NCBI GenBank assembly: GCA_030390025.1
Contig: CM059433.1
Coordinates: 29,762,001 to 29,826,000, forward strand
Reading direction: 5' to 3'
DNA length: 64,000 nucleotides
From: Squalus acanthias
Lineage: Eukaryota
Position 1 is the stretch's first letter. Each line of letters starts with the position of its first letter. The translations under genes were made by a program, and so were the position numbers. Shown here piece after piece: positions 1 to 12,717 of this stretch. The notes beneath the pieces were generated by a model. It was not told the DNA's origin. It worked only from the letters and a program-made list of their open reading frames with translations, and did no database searches.

Positions 1-436
1 AGAGGGTCTTCCAAGGAGATCCCACAGTTGATTGATTCAAGCTGCAGCACCTCCGACCTTTTAAAGCAAAGTTCTGCCAACTGCAACTAATCCCTGATGA
101 AATAAACAATTTAATGTTGGACCTGCAGCTGTGAGGAGACCACCCACTGGTCAACCCGCCAGGTTTAGCTGGCATGGTTTAGGAGGGTCGTGGAACACGC
201 CGAAATGGTCGAAAATCACGAGGGCCTCTCAAAATAGGCTTAGAGAAGCCCATAACGAGCATTTAATCCTCTTAACAAGCACTCTGGCCAGCTGGAGGCG
301 GGACCGTTTCCCGCCCCGCAAAACCTGCACCGGCAAAATCCCGCGGAGGCGGGTTCCGAACCCGCACTCATTGTTTCTGATTTTCCCGCCTTTCCCGCCT
401 CCAAACACGCCTCCTCGGACGTCAGAAAATCGCCCC
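1..436. mobile_element. Right end of a PIF/Harbinger-type non-autonomous element
   Basis: GC-rich CCCGCC subterminal repeats ending in GAAAATCGCCCC, the same end motif as 5140-5153 and 22765-22780. It abuts a CR1 fragment. Confidence 0.6.
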
Positions 437-964
437 CTATACCTCTATTAATAAAGCCAAGGATCCAATATGCTTATTTAACAGCCTTCTCATCTTGTCC
501 TGCCACCTTCAACAATTTGTGAACATACACCCCCAGGTCTCTCTGTTCCTGCACTCACTTTAAAATTGTATCATTTAGCTTATATTGGCTCTCCTCATCC
601 TTCCTACCAATGTATCACTTCACACTTCTCTGTGTTAAATTTCATCTGCCATGCGTCTGCCCATTTCACCAGTCTTTGTCCTCCTGAAGTCTGTTACTAT
701 CCTCTTCATTGTTTATTACATTTCCAAGTTTAGTGTCATCTGCAAACATTGAAATTATTCCCTGTATACCCAAGTCCAGGTTATTAATATATATCAAAAA
801 GAGCACTGGTCCTAATAACGACTCCTGGGGAACACCACTGTATACTTCCCTCCAGTCTGAAAAACAACTGTTTACCACTACTTTCTGACCCTTAACCCAT
901 TTTGTATTCACACTACCACTGCCCCTTTAATCCCATGGGCTTTAGTTTTGCTAACAAGCTTGTA
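437..964 (-). mobile_element. CR1 LINE RT fragment
   Basis: ORF 666-911 reads SGVPQESLLGP...FADDTKLG, the CR1 RT motifs. Confidence 0.9.
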
Positions 965-1141
965 CATTGTAACTTAATGATGAAAATCTGAATTAGTTGC
1001 AGACATATACTGCAGGGCTTTAAGTTTTGCGATGGGTATTTGCATTTTGACCTCACAAATCCCAACTATTTTAATTACTATATAATTTTTATTACGATTC
1101 CGACATGTTAATGTTGAACTGCTGCCATTAGCACTGCACAC

Positions 1142-1575
1142 AGACAAAGGCAAATACATTTATATAGCGCTTTTCACAACTTCAGGATGTCCCAAAGCAC
1201 TTTATAGCCAATCAAGTACTTTTGAAGCATAGTCGCTGTTGTAATGTAGGGAACGTCAGCCAATTTGCATACAGCAAACTCCCACAAACAGCAATGAGAT
1301 AAATAAATGGGTCATCTGTTTTAGTGATGTTGGTTGAGGGATAAATATCAGTCAGGACACCGGGGAGAACTTCACTGCTCTTCTTTAAATAGTGCCATGG
1401 GATCTTTTTCAGAGAACAGATGGGCATTGTTGGAGATGCCATCCAAAACATGACACCTCCAACAATGCAGCACTCCCTCAGCCTAGACCTTGTGCTCAAG
1501 TCTCATGGAGTGGGACTTGAACCCACGACATTCTGACTCAAAGGGGAGAGTGCTACCCACTGAGCCACGGCTGAC
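1142..1575 (-). mobile_element. tRNA-derived DeuSINE (SacSINE1-like), near full length
   Basis: A box GGCTCAGTGGG and B box GGTTCAAGTCC on the minus strand, a shared central domain, and the L2-like tail GCGCTATATAAATG. More than 10 homologues occur in the window. Confidence 0.8.
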
Positions 1576-1861
1576 ACAGAAATTAGTACCACAAATGGAC
1601 TATAATCTCGGCAGAATTTCCGTACTGTGTAAAATGCAGTTGAGGCTGAGAAATGCTCAAATTTGCCCGGTGTCCCTGTGACTGGACAGGAAGAACAGGG
1701 ACTCTTTAACCTAAGGGGCAGAATTAGTTATAGCATTATCGTTAACATCACACAGTGAGATGCGAAATGCAGTATCAGCTGTACATGGTAATACATTGGC
1801 AAAGCTCATTCACTGCCCCTCTGTCACATATGTAAATAAGATGGAAATTAGGGCCTTTCAG

Positions 1862-1931
1862 GAACCAAGCAAAGTATATAACCGATTAGATGATATGCTT
1901 CAAATTGCAATGGAATGTCTCGCATTCTGTG
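1862..1931 (+). CDS. Candidate exon of an unidentified host gene (EPSKVYNRLDDMLQIAMECLAFC)
   Basis: tttcag|...|gtaagg boundaries, a single open frame, and non-repetitive DNA. The protein is not recognised. Confidence 0.3.
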
Positions 1932-2192
1932 GTAAGGTTGAGTTTACATCAAATTTTAATTCTGCACAAAGTTGATCAACTGTCATCTGTACAACAGTTT
2001 TCATATTCTTTACATATATTGGCCCAAGGTTTCCTGTGGCAGAGCAACGAACGGCACCCGCTGTTAGACTTGCCCTTGCCTGTTTATTCTCCATGATATT
2101 TTGCACAGCAAGTTGCTGTAAATGGGAGATGGAAATGGTGTGGCGCCCCCTACAGGGCATCTGGGCTCTGAGTGAACAGGGCAAGCAACGGT

Positions 2193-2918
2193 GGGGGAAA
2201 AATTCGTTAGTGACCATTTTGGGTCATTAACATCGCCTGGGCGCTAAATTTAGCGCCTGGCGAAAAATGGCGGCAGTGATCGCTAACTTCAGTTTTAGCG
2301 CCCCAAGAGGGAGGTGGAGCGTTAATTCTTAGAGCACTATCCCTGAATATCGGGGTGGTGCGTTCTGCAGCGTTACGCACTGGGCCACGTAGCATTGTCG
2401 CTTGGAAGGCCTCTTCCCCTCATTAAAGGGGAGGGCCCAAGCCCACAACTCTGCGGGACCCTACCTGGACCACCAGGGAGCCGGGTGCTGTGCCAGCAGC
2501 CTAGCACTCAAGAGGAGTGCCGGGCTGCCAGATCACGGCATGGAGCTCGTGTTCCAAGACACAACGGGCCATGACAAATAAGCCGGCCGATTCTTTTTCC
2601 GCCCGCCCACCACCTTCCCTTTAGTTAGTGAGCCTCCTGCCGCTCCATTCCCGCCCTCTGAATCGGTCACTGTCTTCGCCCGGCACAGATTCAGGGGGCA
2701 CGGGCCATTTTGCAGGCGGGGCAAAAACAGGGCGCTGCGCACAGTGATGATGTCGTCATCGCCTGCACAGCGGAGTGGGGCACTACCGGTTTCCGCCACC
2801 GCTAAACTCACACTGAATTTAGCAGGAGTTGCTAGCGGCGCCGCGCCTGGGTGAAAGTCATTTACGCCCCTTTAGTGCCCCCCACTATGGGAGGCGCAAA
2901 TGTTCCGAATTTCTAGCC
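2193..2918. mobile_element. GC-rich Harbinger-type MITE, family A (diverged)
   Basis: Ends GGGGGAAAAATT...AATTTCTAGCC, TTAGCGCC repeats, homologous to 26178-26951. Confidence 0.75.
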
Positions 2919-3412
2919 AGGTGTATCTCCTTAACCAACCAGATTGAAGAATTGTGAAATTAACAGCTCAAGGAAGTGTAAATTAGTGTCAAATCTGGTA
3001 CAGAAAGAGAAATAAAGAGCGAAAGAAAGATTGAATTAAGAGAGAGAGCTAAAAGAGAAAGAAAAAATAATCTCCACCAACAATTGAAACCTGAGAGAAT
3101 GAGACTCCATACTTGCAATAGTTAATTTCCAGTGCTAGAGAGGTTGATTGGCAGTAATTAACACTTAACACATTGTTAAAAGGGTGCTTAGACTTGAAAG
3201 GATTGGCTTAACTTTCTGTAGTGAGTTTAGTTCATATCTACCACGCAAGAACAAGAACTTCACGTTGCTCAATGCATTTGAATGGTGAGGCAGATAGCTA
3301 ATGCCTCTGAAACTCAGCATCAAAAAAAGTTACAAACAAATGCAGCAAGACAGATAGAGATTGTAATACAGAATATAATCAATACACTGCAATGACTGAA
3401 TGTTTACTGCTA

Positions 3413-3930
<518 letters not shown>

Positions 3931-4254
3931 TAACATTGATTCTTAATTCATGCATGGGAATAATGCAGATCTTTAGATATACGGCGCCTCTTTAACCTGC
4001 AGTTGCATTCCCTTAAGTACTGGGTGCTTTCTGAATAATTATATAACTAATGGCATCATATTTTCTCCATTAAAGATAAATGAATTCAGGCGAAATTCTA
4101 ATTACTCCTTCTGTAGTCTATAAAGTCCTCTGGTGCTGCTACTGGCCTGAGTTTTCTTATTAAATTAGCGATAAGTACAGGAGGCCTTTGGGTTACTAAA
4201 ACAAAATACTCATACAGTAGTGTTTAAATATTAACCACGTTTATTTAAATAGTC

Positions 4255-5153
4255 TACATTATTAGTCGCAGCCCAGCAATGACAGTGCTAAGGTATTTGA
4301 CTGCAGGCAAGGGAACCATAGCATCTACAAGCAGCAAGGGAACCATTCATTTTCTTTCTGCATGGACCTCAGATGAGGAGGAGGAGGAGGAGGAGATCAG
4401 AGCCCAGGATGCAAGGGATGAACTTATCATGGCCAGATTTGCATAGGTTGCCCAAGTTGGCACATGTCCTTTGCTCCATCCTAGGACATCATTGACAATG
4501 GACTCTCTGGCCTCCTTTCACTCAGGCCACCAACCTGACAACGCAAGTGTGGCGGTGCCCGCAATGTGGAGCTGCCTAAGGCGAAAGAACAGATGCCATA
4601 ACGCCAACATTTTGGCTTCAAATCATTTTAATGCTTTCCAACAGGGATGGCATTTCATCAATACACAGAAACAGTCTCCCAATCTGCACACAGATCTGGA
4701 GGTTTAATCCCTTGCCAGCTGTACCCACACAGCCTTGGTTTCTTTGGCAGGCCTCTTCCTCCAAGATGAGTGGAAGAGCACCTCCATGCTAGCTGTCACC
4801 CCCTCCAACAACATTTGCAGCGCCTCATCCGAGAGCCTCGGGTAGGCCCTTGCCTTGTATTTGGACATAGTGGTTTCTCAAAAGATGTTGGAGGTGGTGC
4901 AGGAGATGCAGAAATGCTGTGGAGTGAGCCAAGAGTGCAAGAAGCCATAAAATCAGACTAGAAAAGTGCTGTCAACAGAGGCAAGTTTCAGTCCCAAAAC
5001 ACTAATTGAGCAAGGGCATCCCACACCTCTGAAATCAAGTGGCCAATCATGGGAAAATCGCAAATTTTTGAAACCTATCAGTGGAGGCGGGTTTCAAACC
5101 CACCCAAACTGAAACCCGCCTCCATCTCGCCTCCAGTGGGGAAATCGCCCCCA
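4255..5153. mobile_element. Old Harbinger derivative with a transposase C-terminal remnant
   Basis: EEEEEEIRAQDARDELIMARFA* at ~4375-4447 resembles the C-termini at 39075 and 50145. The element ends in GAAATCGCCCCC. Confidence 0.6.
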
Positions 5154-5296
5154 AAGAGTAGAATAGAAATTCGGAAAAACTAAACCTATGTTACTAGCAA
5201 GGCTGCCAGCTGATTTACGGTTTTCACCGTAAGATGGATGGAAATCAAATCCATTAACTCCAATGAAACTCCAGGAATCCCCTATAATAAAACCAT

Positions 5297-5988
5297 GCCA
5301 CTAAATTCGGCTCCGTAGTGCCCGGTTTTTGGGCGCTATGGGTGCCGATTTGGGTCCAAAAAGGCTTCCGAGGAGCGTGCGCACACTTCTGGTGCGGGCC
5401 TCGCCGTACGCCATTTTGGGTAGGATGTTAGCGCGGGCGCTGGGAGTGTGCGCCAGAAGAATGCAGGGTGTGCAGATCGTGACGTCAATCAGCATGCAAC
5501 GCTAATTTGATGCCAGCGCTGCTATTATCAATCTCAGCGTTGGAGCTAATGGCCTCACTTAACCTTTCATAGCTGAACACATGTTCAGCAGCAGGAAGGA
5601 GCCCCCCCCCCCCACCACCACCCCCTCCCACCACCACCAGCGCTATTTAAAGGGATCATCAACTACTTACAGGTTAGTTGCTGATTGATTCCTACTGGCT
5701 CTTGGTGAGTTAGTACAAGAGTTTGGTGGTCTATTATCTTATTTGAAGTTGCTGAAGTGTCCATGGCGTGATGTGCCAGCTTACTTCAAGGCTTCTGCTC
5801 AGACCAGTTGCTCCCAGACACGGGTGCTGTGGTTTGTATCCCCCTTGACCTTCAGCATGACAGGGAGAATGAGCAGAGGCAACACAGAGGAGGACAAGCT
5901 GCTCGGAAAGGGAAGAGGAGAAGGGGCATCGTGATCCCCGCACCCTTTTTCGTGGGCAAGTGAAGTTTTCCCCCCCCAGAATTTGACA
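5297..5988. mobile_element. GC-rich MITE-like repeat (Harbinger-type)
   Basis: Sharp GC-rich block with GCGCC motifs, TGACGTCA, and degenerate AAATTC/GAATTT ends. Confidence 0.45.
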
Positions 5989-6861
5989 TATTCAGTCCTC
6001 ATAAATCAACAGTGCTCATTATTGCAGCCTACTTTTAATTCAGTCAGATTATTACAGTCTACTCTTAATTCAAAGTGGATTAATTCAAATCTGACCATTC
6101 AATATTTTCAGCAACAATATTTCTTTATGTTGCTTTACCCATGTTATTGGATAATTCAATATTCTGAATGCAAAAAATACTGAATTATCCAGAGTAAGCT
6201 GTTGTCATGTGGTTACAACGGATCCAACTGTTGTGCTCCACTTACCAATCCCAGAAGAAAGGTTTTTCAGTAAAGTGACAGGTTTGTTTTGTAACACTGA
6301 GCACCTTTTCGTAATAGAATACATATTTTAAGACATTATTATCGTACACCTCATTTAAATTGACAGTATAGACTTTTATCTCTCGCACTGATTGCTCCAA
6401 GGGATAAGACACTAAATATTTATTAGCTTGTGCAATACAGATGATTCTTTCCACATGTGAAGGTTACTGTTTCAATCCTGTGTTTTTGAGGTGTTTATGT
6501 ACAGCAACTTTACGACTGCATGTCAGCTGGCATTTTCCTAGCCCGCGTGTTTGTACAATGTGAGAATTTCTACCTTTGAGGTACGGTGAGCCTTGGGAAG
6601 GTGCACCAACAGAGCTGGATGTTATCGTGCTTGACCTCTGACTTGACTGTTTGGTTACAGTGTGAGCTATTCACAATCACTCTCCTCGTACTAAAAGAAA
6701 GACTTGCATAACATATCGTGCCTTTCACAACATTCTGAAAGCACTTTACAGCAAATGATGTACTTTTGAAGTGTAGTCACTGTTGTAATGTAGGAAATGA
6801 GGCAGCCAATTTGCACACAGCAAACTCCCACAAACAGTAATTCTGATAATGACCAGATAAT

Positions 6862-7413
6862 GGGGGCAAAATTGGGTCGCGCCCCCTTTGGGGCGCTAAC
6901 TTCGTCGGGGCGCTACCTTTAGCGCCCCGAAAAAATTAGCACCCCCATGCCCGAAATTCACTGGTAGCACCCTCTTGGGGCACTGCGACCCAGGGCCCAG
7001 CTCAAGAGAAGTGCCGGGCTCACGGAGCGCAGCTGGCACCCCGCGGGGGGGCTTCACAGGAGGCCAGGGACAGCAACGGGGGCAGATGCTGGCAGGTGGC
7101 CAGCAACAAAAATGGCCACCCAGCACCTCCCCTTTAATTTGCGCTGCCCCAGCCGCAGGTAGGCCCCCTTGACCCTAGCCTCCGGCAGTAAGTCTGGGGA
7201 CGCTACCGAAGATTGCAGCCGGGGTGCGAGCGGGGCGCTGCGCACAGCGATGACGTCATCGCCAGATGTGCAGCGCCGCAGGGTGCTAACGGTTATCGCC
7301 ACCGCTAACCTCCCGCTGAATTTTGCGGGAGGCGTTAGCGGCGGCGCGCCCGGGCGCTAGTTGCTTTGCGCCCCGCGCTAACGAGAGGCGCAAATCAACC
7401 GAATTTTCCCCCC
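6862..7413. mobile_element. MITE family A
   Basis: TIRs GGGGGCAAAATT/AATTTTCCCCCC; approximate 3-bp TSD aat/cat inside the SINE. Confidence 0.8.
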
Positions 7414-7453
7414 CATCTGTTTTAGGAGTTGGTTGAGGGATATATATTGGCCA

Positions 7454-7944
7454 TATTGCTAAGGATGAGACGGAGGCGCACAACTGTCCAAGCTGCTCAT
7501 CAAATAAACCCAGGCAGAGAGGACTTGCGGGAAGGAAGGGAGGAGGACAGTAGGAGTATGTTTGTGTGTGTGTGCACGAGGCCGATGTAGCAGAGCCTGG
7601 TCTCCAATCGTCTTGGATCCCCTTGCCATTGGACCAAGACCGTGCTCTGTCAAGCCCGTGTGGTAGCTGGTGTGCAACGGCCAGTCCACATTAAAAGAAT
7701 TCACGCACAGGCATCTTCCACCCTTTAAAATGAAGTTCGGGACCTGGAACGTCAGGACCCTCATGGACAACCCCAACAGCGACAGACCGGAACGCCGTAC
7801 TACTCCGCCCCTTCAACCACTGTCTGCCCCACCTGTGACAGAGACTGTAGGTCCCGCATTGGACTCATCAGTCACCTGAGAACTCATTTTTAGAGTGGAA
7901 GCAAGTCATCCTCGGTTCTGAGGGACTGCCTAAGAAGGAGAAGG
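7454..7944 (+). mobile_element. Internally deleted RTE-clade LINE derivative
   Basis: APE start MKFGTWNVRTLMD..RPERRT at 7730 is joined to the C-terminal CPTCDRDCRSRIGLISHLRTH and the RTE 3' end. TSD ATATATTGGCCA (7442-7453 / 7945-7956). Confidence 0.85.
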
Positions 7945-8192
7945 ATATATTGGCCAGGACACCAGGGAGAACTCCCCAGCTCTTCTTTGAAATAGTGCCA
8001 GCGGATCTTTTACATCCACCTGAGAGGGGTCTCATCCGAAAGACGACACCTCCAACAGTGCAGTGCTCCCTCAGTACTGCACTGGAGTGTTAACCTAGAT
8101 TTTGGGCTCAAATCTCTGGAGTGGGACTGTGAGCCCACAACCTGCTGACTCAGAGGTGAGAGTGCTACCACTGAGCCAAGGCTGGTGCACAA

Positions 8193-8630
8193 GAAAATCT
8201 ATCGCATTGTGTCAACAGCTGTTTTCTGGATGACAGGGTAAATGTGCCGGTAATTTACTGCAGTGTTTGCGAGATGAATTTTCTCATGTTTCCCCCACAA
8301 GTACTTAATGGCTTCAAGAGCTGAAAGTTCATAAAGCTTTAGTCGCCTCTTGGTGTAATGTCACTCCTACTCTAGGATGAGTCGCTGTGCGTGCGACTGT
8401 TGGCGGTATTGGAATGGCCTCAAAAGGTAACATCACTCAGTGGATGACAGATAAACACATCAATCAAGAGTCCCGACAACTTGTAATTTCCAACACTTGA
8501 AGCCGTTAAGTACTTATGGGGAGACTAGGGAAAAATCAGCACGCCAGCATTACAGTAAATTACTGGCGCATTTACCGTACCACCCAGCAAAGTGCTTCAA
8601 CTGGGTTGGTGCAATGTGATAGATTTTCTG
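8193..8630. mobile_element. Old foldback MITE with ~140-bp diverged inverted arms
   Basis: AGAAAATCTATC/GATAGATTTTCT, GGTAAATG/CATTTACC and AAGTACTTAATGGCTTCAAG/CTTGAAGCCGTTAAGTACTT pair in order. Confidence 0.7.
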
Positions 8631-8659
8631 GCGATTAGCTCAGAGCCTGGCAACGCGCC

Positions 8660-9135
8660 AGTTTGAGGCCTGAAGATTGGGCCGGAACCTTCGCAAACAA
8701 GAGGGGGAGGAGACGGGGGTCGCGATTGGAGAGGGTGGGTGTCTTCGGGCACCAGCAGCCCAAATTATTTTTGTGGGACACAGAGGAGCACTCCTGCTCC
8801 TTCCGGGGCCCACAAAAATAATTCGACAGTTACCCTTAGAGGGCCTCTTCGGTTCCATCGCTGGTGGAACTGGTCGGAGAGAGCACTGCGCAGGCTCTGA
8901 CCAGTTCCAACCTAAAATGGCGATCGGAATCCAATTTATGTCATAAGACCCCGATTTCCATATTAAAAGGGACCTATCACCTGAAACAGATGGATGATTT
9001 GGACATCAGTCAGTCGGCCACTTTAAAATGGCGCCGGCTGCACTGCCGGTGTTAATGGGGTGGGAAGGCTACCAACCCCATTTTGAGGCCGTTACCACCC
9101 CGTTAGCAGAAGGTGAAGGGAGTCAAAATCGACCC
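8660..9135. mobile_element. Harbinger-type MITE fragment, family C
   Basis: Homologous to 16975-17295 (CCAGTTCCAACCTAAAATGGC); ends AAAATCGACCC. Confidence 0.55.
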
Positions 9136-9141
9136 CACCAC

Positions 9142-9505
9142 GTGTCAGCCTGGCTTAATTGTCAGCACTCTTTCATTTGAGTCAGAAGGTGGCAGATTCA
9201 CGCCACACTCTAGGATTTGGTTACGTAATCTAGGTTGACACTCGGGTGCGGTACGGAGGGAATGGTACATTGTTGGAGGTGCCGTCTTTCAGACGTGATG
9301 TAGGTTGGGAAAGGTCTCATGGCACAATTAGAATAAGAGCAGTGAATGGCCAAGATTCTCCACTCAACTGGCACTCCAAAAAAAAACAGATTAACATTAC
9401 ATTTTCTGTTTGTGGAACCTTGCTGTGCGTAAATTGGCTGCTGCATTTGCCTACACAACTACAGTGACTGCACTTCAAAAAATAACTAATCGGTTGTGAC
9501 GCGCG
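9142..9505 (+). mobile_element. Diverged DeuSINE
   Basis: Recognisable head, central domain and tail remnants. Confidence 0.65.
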
Positions 9506-9970
9506 TTGGAAGTCTTTTAAGTTTGCATCTGTTTGATTATGAATTTGAATTTTAAATCGAGAGTATTAGGACTGCAGAGATTATTTTAATGCATGAGATG
9601 GCCTTCGCTCCACTCTGGAGATGTTTGGCCACAATTGCTGCTACCATTTAGAGGAAAGGCTATGGGGAAAGAGCAAGGGAGTGGGTTTAATTGGATAGCT
9701 GTTTCAAAGAGTCAGCACAGGCACAATGGGCAAAATGGCCTCCTTCTGCGCTGTATGATTGTATGCGAGAAATTAGGGATCAAGCAAGGTAACCATATTT
9801 ATTGTGGTTGATACTTTTCTCCATTTGTAATCGAAAGGACAAATTCTACTATTCCCCTGTTTAAATTTCTAGCAGCGAGATTCATTGTCATAGTACATAG
9901 ATGACACAATGATGAACCCTTTCATCATTACCACTTACTGTTAAATCCCATTAATAACATTCTGCTTCAG

Positions 9971-10024
9971 ATCTACATTTGGCAGATAAAGAAATGTCAA
10001 TGCTGAGAGTTCAGCCCCTGACCA
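9971..10024 (+). CDS. Candidate exon (DLHLADKEMSMLRVQPLT)
   Basis: ctgcttcag| acceptor and |gtaggt donor; phase-compatible with 1862-1931 and 16453-16559. Confidence 0.2.
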
Positions 10025-10289
10025 GTAGGTAAAATTGAGCCTTGTCTGCTGTGAAGTTTATATTTATCACAATGCTGCTCTCCACTCATGTACCTCATTC
10101 ACATATAGTGCACTTTAATTATCTGCAGTGTCAATTCATATTGATTGTGCTCCATTACTTATAGTAATTCACACCTGATGTATCCCATTACTGCTTTTTG
10201 TACTCCTCTAATGTGTGGCATTTTCCATTCACAGACTGTACTCTACACAGACAGCAAACTCTATTCACAGACTCTACTCTACACAGACT

Positions 10290-12128
10290 TTTGTTGTTTC
10301 GGATGACAGGAAAAAGCTTATAATGGGCTGTCTAGATTGTCTACCCATTCGATGGCCTCCTGAGATGCCGAGTGGAGAAATGAGGTGCCTCCCACAACAG
10401 ATCTCAGTGGGCAGGTTGATGAGATGTGTTCCATGGTCTGGGACTCATGGCCACAATCGCACTTTGGGTCGTCCCTCATCTTCCACTTGTGGAGCAGGCG
10501 GCCGCATCGTCCACACCCTGTGCGGATTGGGTTGAGCGCTGCCCACTGTCTTCGAGGGAGGTCGATGCCAGGAACCTCTGCTGTTGGGTCAGTGATGAGG
10601 TGTTGGTTCTTTAAGTTGCACGCATTCCACAATTCTGTCTATCTGAATATGGGAATGTCGATGTTGCTTATGATTTTTTCCACCTCACTGAGCACGGTGG
10701 CATCGCGACGGATGGCAGGCGGAGCAATGTGGGACAGCACCGAGAGCCACTCAGTTGGAGTGGACTTGAGCGTCCCTGACACTGTCCTCATGGTGGCATT
10801 TAGCTGCTCGTCCACGATCTTTGTGTGGCAACTGCAGGACCATGAGGCGTTGAGCTCTTTCCTGGCGGCGTTGTTGTTCAGATGGAACGCCGACACAACT
10901 GTCTTCTCTGGCTTGGGGCGGAGGCATTCCAGTAGGTCCAGGTAGCTTGTGAACGTCCTACTTGCTTCCTCTGGTGTTGATGCTTGCGTCAGCAGTGCTA
11001 TGTCATCGGCATAGGCGACCTACCGGGATTTGGTGCCGGGCATGTCCGCCGTATAGATGTTAAAAAAGGCCAGTGCGAGCACTGACCCCTGTGGCAGACC
11101 GTTGTTGAGCGTCCGTGTTCGGCTGGTCTTGTCACCAAGATAGACGCGGAACTTCCGGTTGCTCGTTAGGGTGTTGATAAGCCTCAGAGTCTTACAGCAT
11201 TGGATGATTATTGAAGCTTCAGTAGCAGACCTTCATGCCAGACAGTGTCATATGTCGACGACAAGTCTATGACGGCAGCTCCAGTCTTCAGTTGCTTCTG
11301 AAACTCTGCCTCAATGTTGGTGGAGAGTGCAAGGAGGTGGTCAGAGCAGCTTCTTCCCTCTCTGAAGCCCACCTGCTCGTTTGGGAGGACGGCTTTTAAA
11401 ACCAGTTTTATCCAGTTCAGGATGATCCATTCGACCACCTTGTAAACCGTAGACAAAAGGGTATTGGGGCGGTAGCTTTTAGGATCGTTGGCTGGCTTTC
11501 CTGGCTTTAGGATGTTAATGACTTTGGAATGGCGCCAAATTTCTGGGATTATCCCAGTGTCAAGAATGTTGGAGACGAGTCGTCCATCCATTTAGGCCCT
11601 GGTTCTTGAGAAATTCTGGGTAGATGCCATTGATCCCGGCGGCCTTCCCAGACTTGGTGGCTTTCAGTGCTGTGTCCACCTCTTCGGTGGTGAAGGCCCT
11701 GGAAAGGTGGTGTGGGTTAGGAAGCGGGCCGCAATGGCATCTGCACTGACCTTTGGCACCTTACGTGGGGCCAGTGAGACAGGCGCCAAGCCAGCGGAGC
11801 AGGTTCCAGGGTTTCCTGCTGGAGTGCGAGAAATCCAAGTTTTTGGTGGTTTTTCACCATTGCGCTAAGCTGGCTTCGTCCAGGGAATCCATGAGTGCTG
11901 TTGCTGTACCTGGGTCTTGAGTGACATTGAACTCTGCCAGCAGTCTCGCACTCTCCTGGGACCAGCATGGCACATATTCTTTCCTGCTTCTGGCGGCTAC
12001 TGGAGCTGATGGCAACCTACACGCGTCTCCGTGTGTGTGCTAGTTCACCGAGAACTTACCGGCTAATGTCATCAAGAAGATGACCGAATGCCCGAAAGCA
12101 GCCTCCCAGTCTGAAAAGCATGACAGCG
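10290..12128 (-). mobile_element. Vingi (Ingi-related) non-LTR retrotransposon, internally deleted and degenerate
   Basis: RT motifs KSYRP, GFREGRSC, GLPQGSVL and AYADD; C-terminus LNPIRTGCGRCG..HKW..CDCG..QTMEHI..CP; 3' end CATCCGAAACAACAA; TSD TCTACACAGACT (10278-10289 / 12129-12140). Confidence 0.75.
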
Positions 12129-12717
12129 TCTACACAGACTGTGCACTCTATTCATGCCCTCTGAGTTCACGCACAGTGTACGCCATTTAACATATGTTGT
12201 ATTCCATTCGCAGATTGTTGGCAGATACACTTGTAATATATTTCATTCATAGATAGCGAGTTCCATTCACCCATGATTTCCTGCATTTACAACTTGTAAT
12301 TTCCCCATCCATCCTGTTTTCAAATCACGGCACACTTGAAGGGTTGTGGTAGGGTAAATAGGGAAGGACCACTTCCTCTGGTTGGAGAGACAGTGTCAAG
12401 GACTCAGCACTTAGAGAGTGAGAAGAGTGGTTCGGAGACATTTCTTTACATCGGGAATTTTTAGAGCAGGAAATTCTTCCCTACAGGGAGTAGTTGAGAC
12501 AGAACATTGCACCTTGTAAGAGAAAAATGGATAATCATTTGAATCAGGGAAAGATACAGGGCTATGAGGAGAGCGTGAGGCAATGGGATTAGTTTGGATT
12601 GCTCTAGCAAGGATATTATGGGCTGAACAGCCTCCTTCTTTGTTGTGTTTCTATATTTAATCCAATCATTACACATTGTGGTCACACATGGTGCATTCCA
12701 TTTACCACATGGCAGAA

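Larger units (their letters stand above)
6695..8185 (-). mobile_element. DeuSINE interrupted by MITE A and an RTE derivative
   Basis: The SINE sequence resumes correctly after each insertion. Confidence 0.8.

Noticed and set aside
7585..7655. Canonical HDV-like ribozyme in the RTE 5' UTR
   Set aside because: I could not build an adequate P1, P4 and J4/2 by eye; kept only as generic structure.
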